A DNA stretch of 63,346 nt, filler included, from Octopus bimaculoides (lineage: Eukaryota): assembly GCF_001194135.2 (NCBI RefSeq). It is 5 parts of 4 records of this genome, joined end to end, with 100 filler letters (N's around TTAATTAATTAA, not from the genome) between each part and the next. Parts side by side here need not be neighbours in the genome. Positions count along the whole stretch, not along the records: positions 12,983 to 38,422 come from NC_068989.1; 4 more parts are not named here. One strand, given 5' to 3'. The notes beneath the pieces were generated by a model that was given only the letters and a program-made list of their open reading frames with translations, was not told the DNA's origin and did not search any database. Made by a program: the position numbers and the translations under genes. How positions within the stretch are numbered: position 1 is the stretch's first letter; each line of letters begins with the position of its first letter. Positions 26,304-38,522 of the stretch are shown here, piece after piece.

Positions 26304-27507
26304 TTATTATTATTATTATTATTATTATTGCTCAGTAGTTTTATTTTAATTTTTATAATGTGCTTTCACTTCACTGCCGAGCGCAGCTCTGTGCGCCTTG
26401 GGTATGTGCTGTGGTTTGCTGTGGTGCTCTTATGGTTACTGTATTGAAAGTGTTTTGCGTAGGATGTGTGCAGTGCCCAGTAGTGCAATTTTCTGTATGT
26501 TATATATATTTGTAAGTCCTGGTGTTTTTGTTATGTATTTGTCTGAATATTTTTTTATTATACCTACGGCACCTACTATGATAGGAATTGTTTCTGTTTT
26601 AGATTCCACATTCGAGTTACCCCTATTTCCNNNNNNNNNNNNNNNNNNNNNNNNNNNNNNNNNNNNNNNNNNNNNNNNNNNNNNNNNNNNNNNNNNNNNN
26701 NNNNNNNNNNNNNNNNNNNNNNNNNNNNNNNNNNNNNNNNNNNNNNNNNNNNNNNNNNNNNNNNNNNNNNNNNNNNNNNNNNNNNNNNNNNNNNNNNNNN
26801 NNNNNNNNNNNNNNNNNNNNNNNNNNNNNNNNNNNNNNNNNNNNNNNNNNNNNNNNNNNNNNNNNNNNNNNNNNNNNNNNNNNNNNNNNNNNNNNNNNNN
26901 NNNNNNNNNNNNNNNNNNNNNNNNNNNNNNNNNNNNNNNNNNNNNNNNNNNNNNNNNNNNNNNNNNNNNNNNNNNNNNNNNNNNNNNNNNNNNNNNNNNN
27001 NNNNNNNNNNNNNNNNNNNNNNNNNNNNNNNNNNNNNNNNNNNNNNNNNNNNNNNNNNNNNNNNNNNNNNNNNNNNNNNNNNNNNNNNNNNNNNNNNNNN
27101 NNNNNNNNNNNNNNNNNNNNNNNNNNNNNNNNNNNNNNNNNNNNNNNNNNNNNNNNNNNNNNNNNNNNNNNNNNNNNNNNNNNNNNNNNNNNNNNNNNNN
27201 NNNNNNNNNNNNNNNNNNNNNNNNNNNNNNNNNNNNNNNNNNNNNNNNNNNNNNNNNNNNNNNNNNNNNNNNNNNNNNNNNNNNNNNNNNNNNNNNNNNN
27301 NNNNNNNNNNNNNNNNNNNNNNNNNNTTCTTCTTCTTCTTCTTCTTCTTCTTCTTCTTCTTCTTCTTCTTCTTCTTCTTCTTCTTCTTCTTCGTATTTAT
27401 TAGGTAGATTGATTTCTTGTTTGTATTTGTCAGCTTCCTTAAATACTGAAAACAGTTTTTTGTTTTGCTCGTGTTTTGTGGCTATTTGTTTTAGTTTTCC
27501 TTGCTTC
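26304..27507 (-). mobile_element. R4/Dong-like retrotransposon copy 3 (3' portion, mostly gap)
   Basis: The reverse complement matches the copy 1 3' UTR and the QKIALLGTAHILRK region (about 26330-26630) and the KQGKL..NKYEEE region (about 27328-27507). (TTA)n tail at about 26304-26329. Confidence 0.85.
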
Positions 27508-28905
27508 AGATTTGAAGATTTTTCCTTGTAAAAAGCTGTCTAATGCCTGGAAAACATGATAATCAGTTGGTGCAAGGTCAGGTGAATATGGTGGATGTCA
27601 GATTACTTCCAAATTCAGTTCTTGTAACCTGAGTAGCGTTCTTTGTGCCACATGTGATCGAGCATTGGCCTGTCTCTATTGACCAATCTCGGTTGATTAA
27701 TTGCAAGTTCACTCATCATTAAACCAATTGTTTGATGTATACATCCGCTTTAATTGATTTACCAGGTTTCACGAAGCTGTAGTGGATAACACCAACGCTG
27801 GACCGCCAAACAGACACCATTAGCCTTTTTTTAATGAATATATTTTTTGGGGATTGCGTTTTGGTACTTCATTTTTATCCAATCGCGGTTTCGATTCCCA
27901 GACCGGGCGTTGTGAGTGTTTATTGAGCGAAAACACCTAAAGCTCCACGAGGCTCCGGCAGGGGATGGTGGCAAACCCTGCTGTACTCTTTCACCACAAC
28001 TTTCTCTCACTCTTACTTCCTGTTTCTGTTGTACCTGTATTTCAAAGGGTCAGCTTTGTCACACTGTGTCACGCTGAATATCCCCGAGAACTATGTTAAG
28101 GGTACACGTGTCTGTGGAGTGTTCAGCCACTTGCACGTTAATTCCACGAGCAGGCTGTTCCGTTGATCGGATCAACTGGAACCATCGACGTCGTAAGTGA
28201 CGGAGTGCCATCAAATTTATCCAACCACCGTGCAAGGCACTTGCTATTGTTGAAAAGAATCCATTTTTAATCACATGTAACAATACGATGCAAATATGGT
28301 TCGTTTTTATGCTGTGAGAGCAAAGAACAGTAATTTTCAAGATGACATGTTATTTGTTACTTGCTCAGTTCGTGTGGTACCCACTTATTTAACTTCTATA
28401 CCTTTCCGATTTGTTTCAGGTGGTTCAATACAGCTGTAATCGAAACATCAAGGCTTGCTGCTAACTCACGCGTAATTTGAGATGTATCCGCTTCCACTGC
28501 AATTTCCAGCTCATCATTATCCACCTTGGTCTCAGGTTTACCACGGGGATGTTTTTCAAGAATAAAATCTCCAGACTAGAGCTTCTCAAACCATCGACGT
28601 ACAGTGCGCTCATTCACCACATCTTCACTAAATATCTGATTGATGTTTCGATCTGTATGGGATACATTGATTCCACGACGGAGCTTATGTTCATAAACAA
28701 CACGAATATTTGATCTATCCATGAGTTCACAAAAGCTGATTTACAAGAGAAAACTCACAATATAATCAGACACCATGAATTCCATTTCAAAAATGTAAAA
28801 CTTAAATGTTGTAAAACAAAAAATTGTCAGGATAAATCAATTGAGTAATGGCTCTCAAACTTGGTCCACAAGAAAATCGGACGTTTCATTCTTAACGACC
28901 TGATA
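27508..28905 (-). mobile_element. Mariner (D,D34D) transposon, near-complete decayed transposase, one TIR, interrupted by a SINE and cut off at the C-terminus
   Basis: From ATG 28722: MDRSNIRVV..ERTVRRWF..KWVPHELS..RIVTCD*KWILF, [SINE], LMVSVW..NARSHV..HPPYSPDLAPTDYHVF..GKIFKS. The TIR-like end reads TA-TCAGGTCGTTAAGAATGAAACGTCCG at about 28878-28905. Confidence 0.88.
27883..28215 (+). mobile_element. 5'-truncated SINE family C inserted in the mariner transposase
   Basis: Homologous to family C. TSD TTTATCCAA at 27874-27882 and 28216-28224. Confidence 0.85.
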
Positions 28906-28938
28906 CATTATCTGTACACCAACCACTTTCAACACACA

Positions 28939-28983
<45 letters not shown>

Positions 28984-29896
28984 AATCTGTACATACATAC
29001 ATATAAAAATACATACATATAAACATACATATATTTGTGTGTGTATATAGATGTATACAAATAACTATATATGTATGTAAAAGTGTGCGTGCCTCTGTGT
29101 GTATGTATATCACAATTGTGTAACAATTACATCTCTACACATACTTTAAATACACTATCGTCACTGAAATTACAGAAAGAAGCTAAACGCGTTAACTAAC
29201 AGATTTGAATTAATGCTGTTTTTCTTAAAGTCACTGTAGCTTACGAAGACGAAATAATGCTCTAGTGTATGACAAATTATTTGTTAAATGCCGATGGCGT
29301 TTAGTACCTTTATTAGTTCTGTCATAATTACAGCACACACTTCCAAACGTTCAAACAAACAAACCCAGTATATGTACCATTATTATCATCGCCGCCGACA
29401 CCAAGACTACATCAGTATTGTTTGGAATTCTCAATATTTTCAATCACAAATACAGCCATCAGAAATATTCCTAGTATTTACCACTACAATTGTCACCATC
29501 ATAACACCATAATATAATTCTGTAATACAGCCACCTCGATTCAATAGATTTATGTCTGTTGTTACTTTCTCTTCATTAGTCAATTGTAGAGACTTCGTGT
29601 CACCGGTACGAATAGTTTGTTCGTGACAGGGAATATCTGTAAATGATAATAGAGCAAGGAGAACAGACAAAACAAGGGTCTTATGGAAAATAATTCTTAC
29701 AAATTCTCTTTAATCTCGTATACAGAAGGCTTCTTTTATATTCGGAGAACGTTGTGATGTGATTCGGTAGGTAATAATGGAAGGATTACAATTGTAATGA
29801 AATGGATTTGATTTCATTATTTATCAATGATTATTATCGAGATGAAAAGCATGCAAAAACCAGTGAGCTAGTTGTATTAATCATCATCACCATTAT

Positions 29897-30070
29897 CTTC
29901 TTCTTCTTCTTCTTCTTCTTCTTCTTCTTCTTCTTCTTCTTCTTCTTCTTCTTCTTCTTCTTCTTCTTCTTCTTCTTCTTCTTCTTCTTCTTCTTCTTCT
30001 TCTTCTTCTTCTTCATCGTCATCGTCATCGTCATCGCCATCATCATCATCATCATCATCATTAGCAGCAG
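29897..30070. repeat. (TTC)n/(ATC)n microsatellite
   Basis: Direct sequence inspection. Confidence 0.95.
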
Positions 30071-30260
30071 CAAAGATACTGTGCTGATTGAGGAAGACGA
30101 ATGTTTGTATCAATGTTTCTAGACCTCCTTGACTCCATGCTCCACTTGATTTAAAAAAAACAACCTACAAGAGCGTACAAACTTAGTATATAACAAATAT
30201 ATACTTAATATAAATTTAAATATTTATTGTAAGTTTTTTTCGCTGAACTAATTCATTCGT

Positions 30261-30455
30261 AATACAGTTCTATATTTAAGAGATGGGGAATTATGTACAT
30301 TAATTACATTATTTACAATTGACGTATATTTGTCCGCATCGTGTTTGTTGTTAACACAATGTTTCGGTTGAAATACCCTCCAGCCTTCATCAGGTGACTG
30401 GGGGTGAAATTTCGAACATGGATTCTCATTCCTAAGGTATTTTTCGATGTTGTTG

Positions 30456-30493
<38 letters not shown>

Positions 30494-30554
30494 TAGGTCA
30501 CTGCCTAGAATCGAACACGGAATCTTGGGGTTAGTAGCCCGCGCTCTTAACTAC
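30261..30554 (-). mobile_element. tRNA-derived SINE family D, left (inverted) arm
   Basis: Reverse complement of the same head, (AAT)n and tail, abutting the + copy head-to-head. Confidence 0.8.
30353..30398 (-). ncRNA. Degenerate copy of the same hammerhead motif
   Basis: Reverse complement: GTCAC-CTGATGA-A-GGCTGGAGGGTATTTCAACC-GAAAC-ATT-GTGTT. Mismatches in helices I and II, and G>A in the triplet. Confidence 0.5.
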
Positions 30555-30625
30555 GGGCATATGGCGTAGTGGTTAAGAGCGTGGGCTACTAACCCCAAGA
30601 TTTCGAGTTCGATTCCAGGCAGTGA

Positions 30626-30700
<75 letters not shown>

Positions 30701-30701
30701 C

Positions 30702-30755
<54 letters not shown>

Positions 30756-30927
30756 TATTATTATTATAATAACAATAACTTTGTAAATTACCTTAGGAAT
30801 GAGAACCCCGGTTCGAAATTTCCCCAAGACACCTGATGAAGGCTGGAGGGTATATTAGCCGAAACGTTGTGTTAACAACAAACAAGATGAGGACAAATAT
30901 CCGTAAATTGTAAATAATGTAAATAAT
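30555..30927 (+). mobile_element. tRNA-derived SINE family D, right arm (tRNA-Ser-like head, (AAT)n, hammerhead-like tail)
   Basis: Head GGGCATATGGCGTAGTGGTTAAGAGC..GAGTTCGATTCC has A and B boxes and the anticodon-arm-like GGGCTACTAACCC. It is followed by (AAT)n and a unique tail. Confidence 0.8.
30828..30873 (+). ncRNA. Minimal type I hammerhead ribozyme motif (palindromic helix III, dimer-type)
   Basis: GACAC-CTGATGA-A-GGCTG-(10 nt)-TAGCC-GAAAC-GTT-GTGTT. Helix I GACAC/GTGTT, helix II GGCTG/TAGCC, ACGT palindrome, GUU cleavage triplet. Confidence 0.68.
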
Positions 30928-30989
30928 CTAATTCATTCGTGCCCCATTGAAAGGGCGTGCACAGTACGCTGAGAAACAGTTGTGTAGAT

Positions 30990-31620
30990 GAAATGTTGTA
31001 AGCTCTAGCATCAGATATGAATTGATGGCCCCCAATAGTGTTTTGCTTCAACATCTGCGAATCTGCTACGGCTGTGAATGCTCAATATTTTAATGTTACA
31101 TATTTTCTCCATTACGTCGACATGTCCACACCGACCGAGATTTTATTGCCCCGATATCTCTTACTCGCTAGGGTGCTTGGTGTTTTTTGAATGATGAATT
31201 CTTGACTGGCCTTGTCTTTTCAATGATGTTCAGGATCTGTCGCTGATATCTCAGCTTGAATGCATGCAATATTTTTATCGGCTTCCATACAACGTTTTGA
31301 TTCTGTCCCATAAAAGAAGGTGGGCATAAGCAGCTTTTGGTATATTGCACATTATTTGAACTCTCACAATTCCATTGATACTTTCTCAAATTCCAGAATA
31401 GCACTATTGCCTTGCTAATTCTGAGCTCTAAATCGTTCTTAGGTCAACTATCAATACCAACTGTATCACTTATATAAGCTGTTTACTTCTTCCAGCTCTT
31501 GCCCTTCAGTAGCAATGGGCAGTAAATAAAATCTTCAGTCTTTTAGATATTAGTTTTGAAGTCGAACTTTGTGTTTGCATGCTCAAAAATATCCCTTAGG
31601 CAGTATATGTTCGATGCATT
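30990..31620 (-). mobile_element. RTE-like LINE ORF2 C-terminal fragment (degenerate)
   Basis: FKTNI*KTE, EGQELEEVN, DLELRISKAIVLFWNLRKYQW, LMPTFFYGTES, LHAFKLRYQRQILNI. Confidence 0.6.
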
Positions 31621-32941
31621 ACGAGAGACAAGGATGCAAGGATCAACAAACATTGATTCTCTCATTAACGTATGTGTGACCAGGACCTCTACTACAGTGT
31701 GAAAGTCCTAGAATAGATTAACAACATGTCTTTTCTGTACATAATATATTCCCTCAGTTGTACTATTCTTCACGTTTTTTTAAAAAATCAGATCACGTGT
31801 TTTAAAAATATTTGAGTAAATTTGGTACTTTCAGGCAACCTTGATTGTCTTCCAATACTGAATAACAAGAGATGCAGAAATGGGGTTTCGTCGCGAGTCT
31901 TACTCAATTGTACAAACTTTAAGCACCAAGGTATTACATATAATACCTTGAACTGCTCCACTGGGTTAGTCAGAAGAGGAATACCATCTAAATGTGTTTC
32001 GTTCCATTCAGAATTCATATTGAATCTAAGCTACAATCTGTGCTGTGTTTCTTCATTCAGTCTGTTTAATAAATATTATTTATTTCAGAGAAGTAATACT
32101 CAGGCTAAATAGAATAAAGGTATTAACAAGCGGATACTAGAGCATAAAACCATGTTGAAATTAAGAGCGCAGACATGGTTCTATGGCTTCGGAAATTTGA
32201 TTCTTCAGTACGTACATATATGTTCAATTCAACAACATGACAGAATGGAAACGCATTTTCAGCTCACTCTCAAGACTACCAAATCCTTATGAATCAAAAT
32301 TTGTGGACGGAAACTGTGTGGAAGTCTGTCCCAGGGTGGCTCCTGGTCTGTGTAACTTACCACGCTGACCTCGAGTTTATTTAGCGAAATTCATTCTCCT
32401 GCAAATTGAGGTGTCAGGTTTCCAATCTGAGAATAAATTCCTCACATCCTCTCACAAATCTCAGGTATTCTGAAATAGATCAAGGGCTGTAACATTTCTT
32501 CTCTTAGTCATATTTATGAATTAATGCCTTTCTTTACATGACTTAATCTAAGAGACGCAATATATACTTACACACATACACACACACGCACTCACACATA
32601 CAAACACAGACACATACACTCACACGCACCCGAACATACATATGAACATACATATATAGAATAAATTCAAAGAACAAACAACTAAAAAGCAGAATAAAAA
32701 CGAGCGAGAGGATGTGCATAAGAAATATATTAATTTGACGCTCAGTGCAAAAAGAGAGTTGTTAACGTTTCGAGCATAGCCCTTTGTTTGAAGAAGAAAG
32801 TTCAAAGAGAAAGAAGCGAAAATAAGGAAAATCGCTAACAATCCACGTGCATTTACATTTCTGAAGTGAGTCGAAATCACACACACACATACACACACAC
32901 ACACTCTCTCTCTCTCTCTCTCTCACACACATACACACACG

Positions 32942-32980
<39 letters not shown>

Positions 32981-32996
32981 ACACNNNNNNNNNNNN

Positions 32997-33053
<57 letters not shown>

Positions 33054-33677
33054 AAATAGAAGGTAGGATTTGATAGAAACTATTTATGTAGCGATTTCGT
33101 CCCTTTTAAGGATTCATCATAAATAATTTCCTAGAGAAAATTCAGACCTGTTATATGTATGACAGTTGCAAAGAGAATTTGGAGTTGAATTTGTTTTCTT
33201 GGGTTTTGGAAAGAGGATGTTTTAGAAGTGGATATTAGAGAAGTCATTTTCAGTCTATATGTGTGTTCGTATATGTGTGTGTACATATGTGAAGCAAAAA
33301 GAAAGGGGTATTTTTCAGGGATGGCTGAAATTGAGAAGACATGGGTTTTCTCAAATGCATGTCACCCATTATCCTAAAAGGAACTATTCTTGAATGTTTC
33401 GATGAGAGAGATTCTTCCACTAAGATACTTCACACCTGGAAGCAATCAAATACTGGGTCGAAAAACACGGAGAAAAAGTAAACGAACGTTACAAAATGGA
33501 TTTCATTTCCAAGGCCACACTCCCGGTATTAGTGGGGAAGACCTTTAACTCTCACGCTAAATGATATCGGAAAATAACGAGTTATGGGAACGGAATTTTC
33601 ACCCGCATATACTAATCTAGTTATAGGATTTTTAGTTTATACTTTTTTCGTTTGTAATGCTTTCCTGTGTATACATA

Positions 33678-33717
<40 letters not shown>

Positions 33718-35437
33718 TATGGATGTAAATGTTTTCCCAAATATAGTTGCTCTTCAGATTTGAAGCTCCGATGAAGCCATCAGGTGATACACAAACGTTA
33801 GACTATAAGTGCATTGCATCATATTGCAGAAACAACTGTAAGTTCAATGCATGATTTCTTATTCCTTTGTCATCTTGATGTCTTATTACTGCTCTGTACT
33901 CTACTGCTGCGTTGTTTTAAATCATATGCATAATGAGTTCTAACTCCAGGTTATTAGTATCATTATGCATAATCGAAATAATCTATCTATCTATACATAC
34001 GCGCATACACACATACATACATACATCAATGCGATTGCATGTCCACATAACAATTGTCAATTTGAGAAGGAAAATCCGGAAGGGACGCATATTTACATAT
34101 GGTTATGTATCTGTGTGTTCCGGGGGAAATTCTATGAGACTGTCTGTCATTTTGAGCTAATTGCAATGTCCCATCAGGAGCAATCGCAGAGTAAATATAT
34201 CTGTATATACAACGCATCATCAAGAAAGATATTGGGTAAAATTTAGCGAAAAAATTGAAAGACTATAAGTTATATTTTTTAATTTTCATACTTCATCAGC
34301 ATCTGTGATCTCGACAGATTTTATGTGTTGCTCTAATAATCATCATCATGAAGGAAAGTGCAGCAAGGTGTTGCTTACAGATGTATGCCATCCAGGTAAT
34401 AAAATAGGTGATTTACATTCTTGCCACAGTTTACAAATCACTTATATAGGATAATCGGATATCAGTCGGAATTTTATGTACAAGTTTCCAGTTACAATAT
34501 ACTGTAGTCAAACTGTAGTTAATTTACCATTTAGATGTTTACTGCAGTTAATTTACCATTTAGATGTTTATTGGAATGTTGACTAAATAACTTATACAAC
34601 GAAAGGTAGAGATATAGTAAGACGATCAATGGTATTGTTGTCTAGCTGTAGCAACGGAGATTTCCTAATTATTTCACAGTGCAAAAGAAAACGAGTAGGT
34701 TATATATTTGTTTACTTTTATAAATATGGTAATTAATTACAGTAATTAAATATGGCAATTAATCATTGCTGAAAAGTACGATATAATATCCTCTAAAAAC
34801 GGAATATTGTATAAAAGTTAGAAGCTATAAAAATTACCTACCATAAAGGAAATTTATTAATTGTACTAACTGTCAATAGATGGCAATGTAATAAATTGCT
34901 GAGTGGTAGACGCTATTGTCTACGTATAATAAAGGTGGGGCCAGAGAGGTTATAACGAATCCAAGGAAATTAGACTAGAATTTCTATTAACCGTCGTCTG
35001 TTTCAATAATATAAAATTTTTGGAAAGACATTAAAAAATTGAATATCATGAACATTATCTTTAAGTTTTTCTTTTTCATACACAGCACACAACTGTTTAA
35101 CGACATAAATTATATACTTACTATCGTAAGAGTTAGATCAGGAATGGATGTAGCTGTTAAATAAATATATACTAGAAATCTTATGGCAGAACCTCTGTAT
35201 ACGCTGATAAACGTTACGAGATTAAAAGTGTTGCAAAAAGAAGGATCTGTGGACAAGAAAATATATACTTTTAAGCGGAGAGGACTAAACTGAGAAATAA
35301 ATACATACGCAAAACATAAAGTTGGGGAAATACATGAAATTGGAAGATGTCAAGTTGCGTGTTCAACACTGATTTATGCTATAGGAGGAGAAAACTAGTT
35401 CGCTATCAATTCTGTTCAGAACGTGACTGGTCAATGA

Positions 35438-37887
35438 TTAACCCTTGGTCTGACTGAGAAAATGTATGTCACTAATTACCAACTGGGTCCAATGGACCCA
35501 ATATTTTTCTTTTAATTAAATTTTATTTAAACTACCACTATTTCTTAGCTACATTAAACATGCTGTCAGGCAAATGAAAAATTACTGTTTCTCACTAATT
35601 TCAATTACAAAATACAGCTTACAGAATATATTATAAATTTTTTAAATTGCAGAAAAACAGAATTACAGCCCTTCATGGCAATGAATGCAGACGACATTGG
35701 AATGTTCTTGGCAAACATGGATAGTACAATTCTTCCATATAGTACGAGTTTTCCTGTTTTTTTTGGGGGCCACACAAAGAACATCTTTCTTTTTTTCTTT
35801 GACTGAGGAATCTCAAATGAAGTTGAAGATCGTCTTCTTTTCTTGTTTGGTTGAGAAATGTTTGTGGAACTAGAAAATTGTTTGTCGCGTTCTTGCTTGT
35901 CATGAACTTTAGCAAGTTCCTTTCCTAATTGAATTAGGCACTGTCTTCTTTTATCCTTGAAACTTTGCAAGTGAAGCTGTTTAGCAACAATGAAAGCATT
36001 CACTGCAATTATATCAACCATGTTCTAGAATATAATCATAGGCCACCTTCGGCTTATTCTTTTGCAAGTGTATGTCCTTACCATCTTATCTAGGGTATCT
36101 AATCCTCCTTTTGTTTTGTTGTAACATGTAATAACTTCAGGTTTCTTTTCAGCACGTTTTGAATCAATTGAAGGCTGAGAGTGCATTGTACTCATAAGTA
36201 TGACTACATAATTTTTCTTGGGACAATAAGATAGGACCATAGAATCCTTCTGAAATCCAAATATTGTGCTGTTGATTTCTCATTGTTTTCTATTCGTGAA
36301 ATCACTTGGAGGTTCAACTCTGTTCTTTCTAATTGTTCCAACTAAAGTAGTTTTCTTTCTAAGCAGCTTTAGAACCAATCCTAGACTTGTAAAATAATTA
36401 TCACAAGTTATATTGCAACCAGTATTTTCAAGTTCTTTTACTAGGTCTTCAACAACTCTTGAACCTTGATTTGTCTCTCTCCTTTTTACTGGATCTTTTC
36501 CAGTGTAGATTTGCATTTTCCAGACATAAGATGTTTCACTGTCGCATATTGTCCAAATTTTAATGGCAGATTTCCCTGGTTTTGAAGGAATATGTACCCG
36601 GAATGGGCAGTGCCCTCTGAATGAAACTAATTGTCTATCAACTGTTTTGCATGAACTTGGAACATATCCACCTTGCAAATTCTGATTCCACATTTCAAAT
36701 ACTTCTCTTATGGGCCCCAATTTATCATCACTTCCCTTTTTTCTTCTTGCACTAGCATCATCAAAAACGCAATACTTGTAAAATCTGTTGAAATCTTCCC
36801 CGGCTCATAATTTTGTTGAATATTAGGCTGCCATCTTCTTGACTCCGTAACTGTGTGACATTTTCATGTTTAGATTTATAAAAACCTATAAGAATAAACA
36901 GTCCAATAAATTTCTTTAGTTCAGAGTGGTCAATTTCCTTCCATTTATCGTTGTAAACAACCTGACCTTCAGCATTTGTCCATTTACGAATTACTTCAAG
37001 ACGATTCTGGCGCACAAAGTTAGCAAAACATATTTCAGTCCTATCGCAAGTTCTTTTTGTAAAACGGGATTGTCCACATTCTTGGCGGACCGTATTGCAA
37101 GATGAAATTCTTACTGCTGCTTGAGTAAGAGGATTAAAATACCAAACTTCTAGTCTGTCTCTAGAAACATATTGCTCATTCATAATTGGGTGGCTCACAG
37201 ATAATTGTTTTTGAGTATCTTCATCTGATGATACACAACCGAAACTGTCCAGCACACTTTCACCACCATCATCAGAGCAATAGAAGGAATCACTACTATA
37301 TTCTTCCCATTCTTCATCTAATTTCAATAACCTTTTCCATATTCGGTCTTCACTCAAGTTTTCACGTGTAGGCATATTGGAAAGCACAACTGAACTATAT
37401 GAAACTTGATAGCACACCAAAGGCAGATATTGCTCTCTCACATTGTAAGAATTGCGTCATCACATTGAAATATTGCATCATTCTAGCAGATTGAAGGTGA
37501 TGCAATATCTCAAATTTACTATAACATTTTCATAATGTTTCCTATTCTATCTAAAATCCAGCAAATAAATTGAATACAAATTTATCCATTTTATATCTGA
37601 TAAATATCTAGGAAAGTAATATTTGATACTGCTTTTATTCTGTTTAGAATGACAAAAGTATTGTCTGAATTAAATTCGAGCGTTCAATGGACCCATATGG
37701 TAATCAATGTATAAAGTGAAATTTTCTAGCTTTTATAAACATACCGAAAGTTTCCCATTTGATAAATAAGAGAATCAAGAAAAAATTAGAGTTACGAGAA
37801 ATCAAATAATATAAACAGTAGGAAAAAAGCAACCGAAAAAAAAAAGTGAAATGGGTCCATTGAACCCATTGGTAAACAGAAGGTTAT
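35438..37887 (-). mobile_element. piggyBac DNA transposon, near full length
   Basis: TTAA-CCC at 35438-35444 and a degenerate opposite end (AAGGTTAT, 37880-37887). A subterminal GGGTYCAATGGACCC palindrome occurs near both ends. The element contains a transposase pseudogene. Confidence 0.85.
35663..37375 (-). pseudogene. piggyBac (PGBD4-like) transposase pseudogene
   Basis: Acidic N-terminus, IMSRGRFQQILQVLRF, VDRQLVSFRG, CDNYFTS, LVGTIRKNR, YNKTKGGLDTLD, RRWPM, and a C-terminal Cys-rich domain (RCSLC..NCTIHVCQEH..CIHC). Lesions: frameshift near 36765, in-frame stops at 36280 and 36025, frameshifts in A-runs near the C-terminus. Confidence 0.9.
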
Positions 37888-38391
37888 GAATGCTTCAACG
37901 TAGAAGTATATAATTCAATGGGGTGCACATTCAGTGCAGGACATTGAGAAGGTAAATACCTATGCATGTGTGGTCGTAGACCAATATTACGTTATAGTTA
38001 AATTGGTGCATGTGTATAGATTAATAGTAATATGACCAGAACAAACTCTAGCATGAAAATCATTTCCATATAATAGCGTGATGAATATTAGATAAGTAGG
38101 GACGATATCCTATATGTATGACATAGGCATTTGTTGTAGAAGTGAGTAGATATTTTATAGAAGCTATATAATCTTATAACTAATTAGGAAAGGCCTTGTT
38201 TGCCTTTAACCTCATTCAGGACTTGCCACTTACGGTATAGCGTTAAGCATGGTAATGATACACCATTACAGCTCGTAATGTTGTGGTCAGAACCTATAGA
38301 GCAGACAAATTGAACTAACTCATCGAAACCTATGCAATGTTTTGACGTTGATGCAATGTTTATTCATTGACAATTCATTACCATCGCCAAC

Positions 38392-38422
<31 letters not shown>

Positions 38423-38522
38423 NNNNNNNNNNNNNNNNNNNNNNNNNNNNNNNNNNNNNNNNNNNNTTAATTAATTAANNNNNNNNNNNNNNNNNNNNNN
38501 NNNNNNNNNNNNNNNNNNNNNN

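Noticed and set aside
30555-30628. tRNA genes at SINE heads (also 61400-61477, 59222-59290)
   Set aside because: The A/B boxes run directly into SINE bodies and the acceptor stems are not intact.
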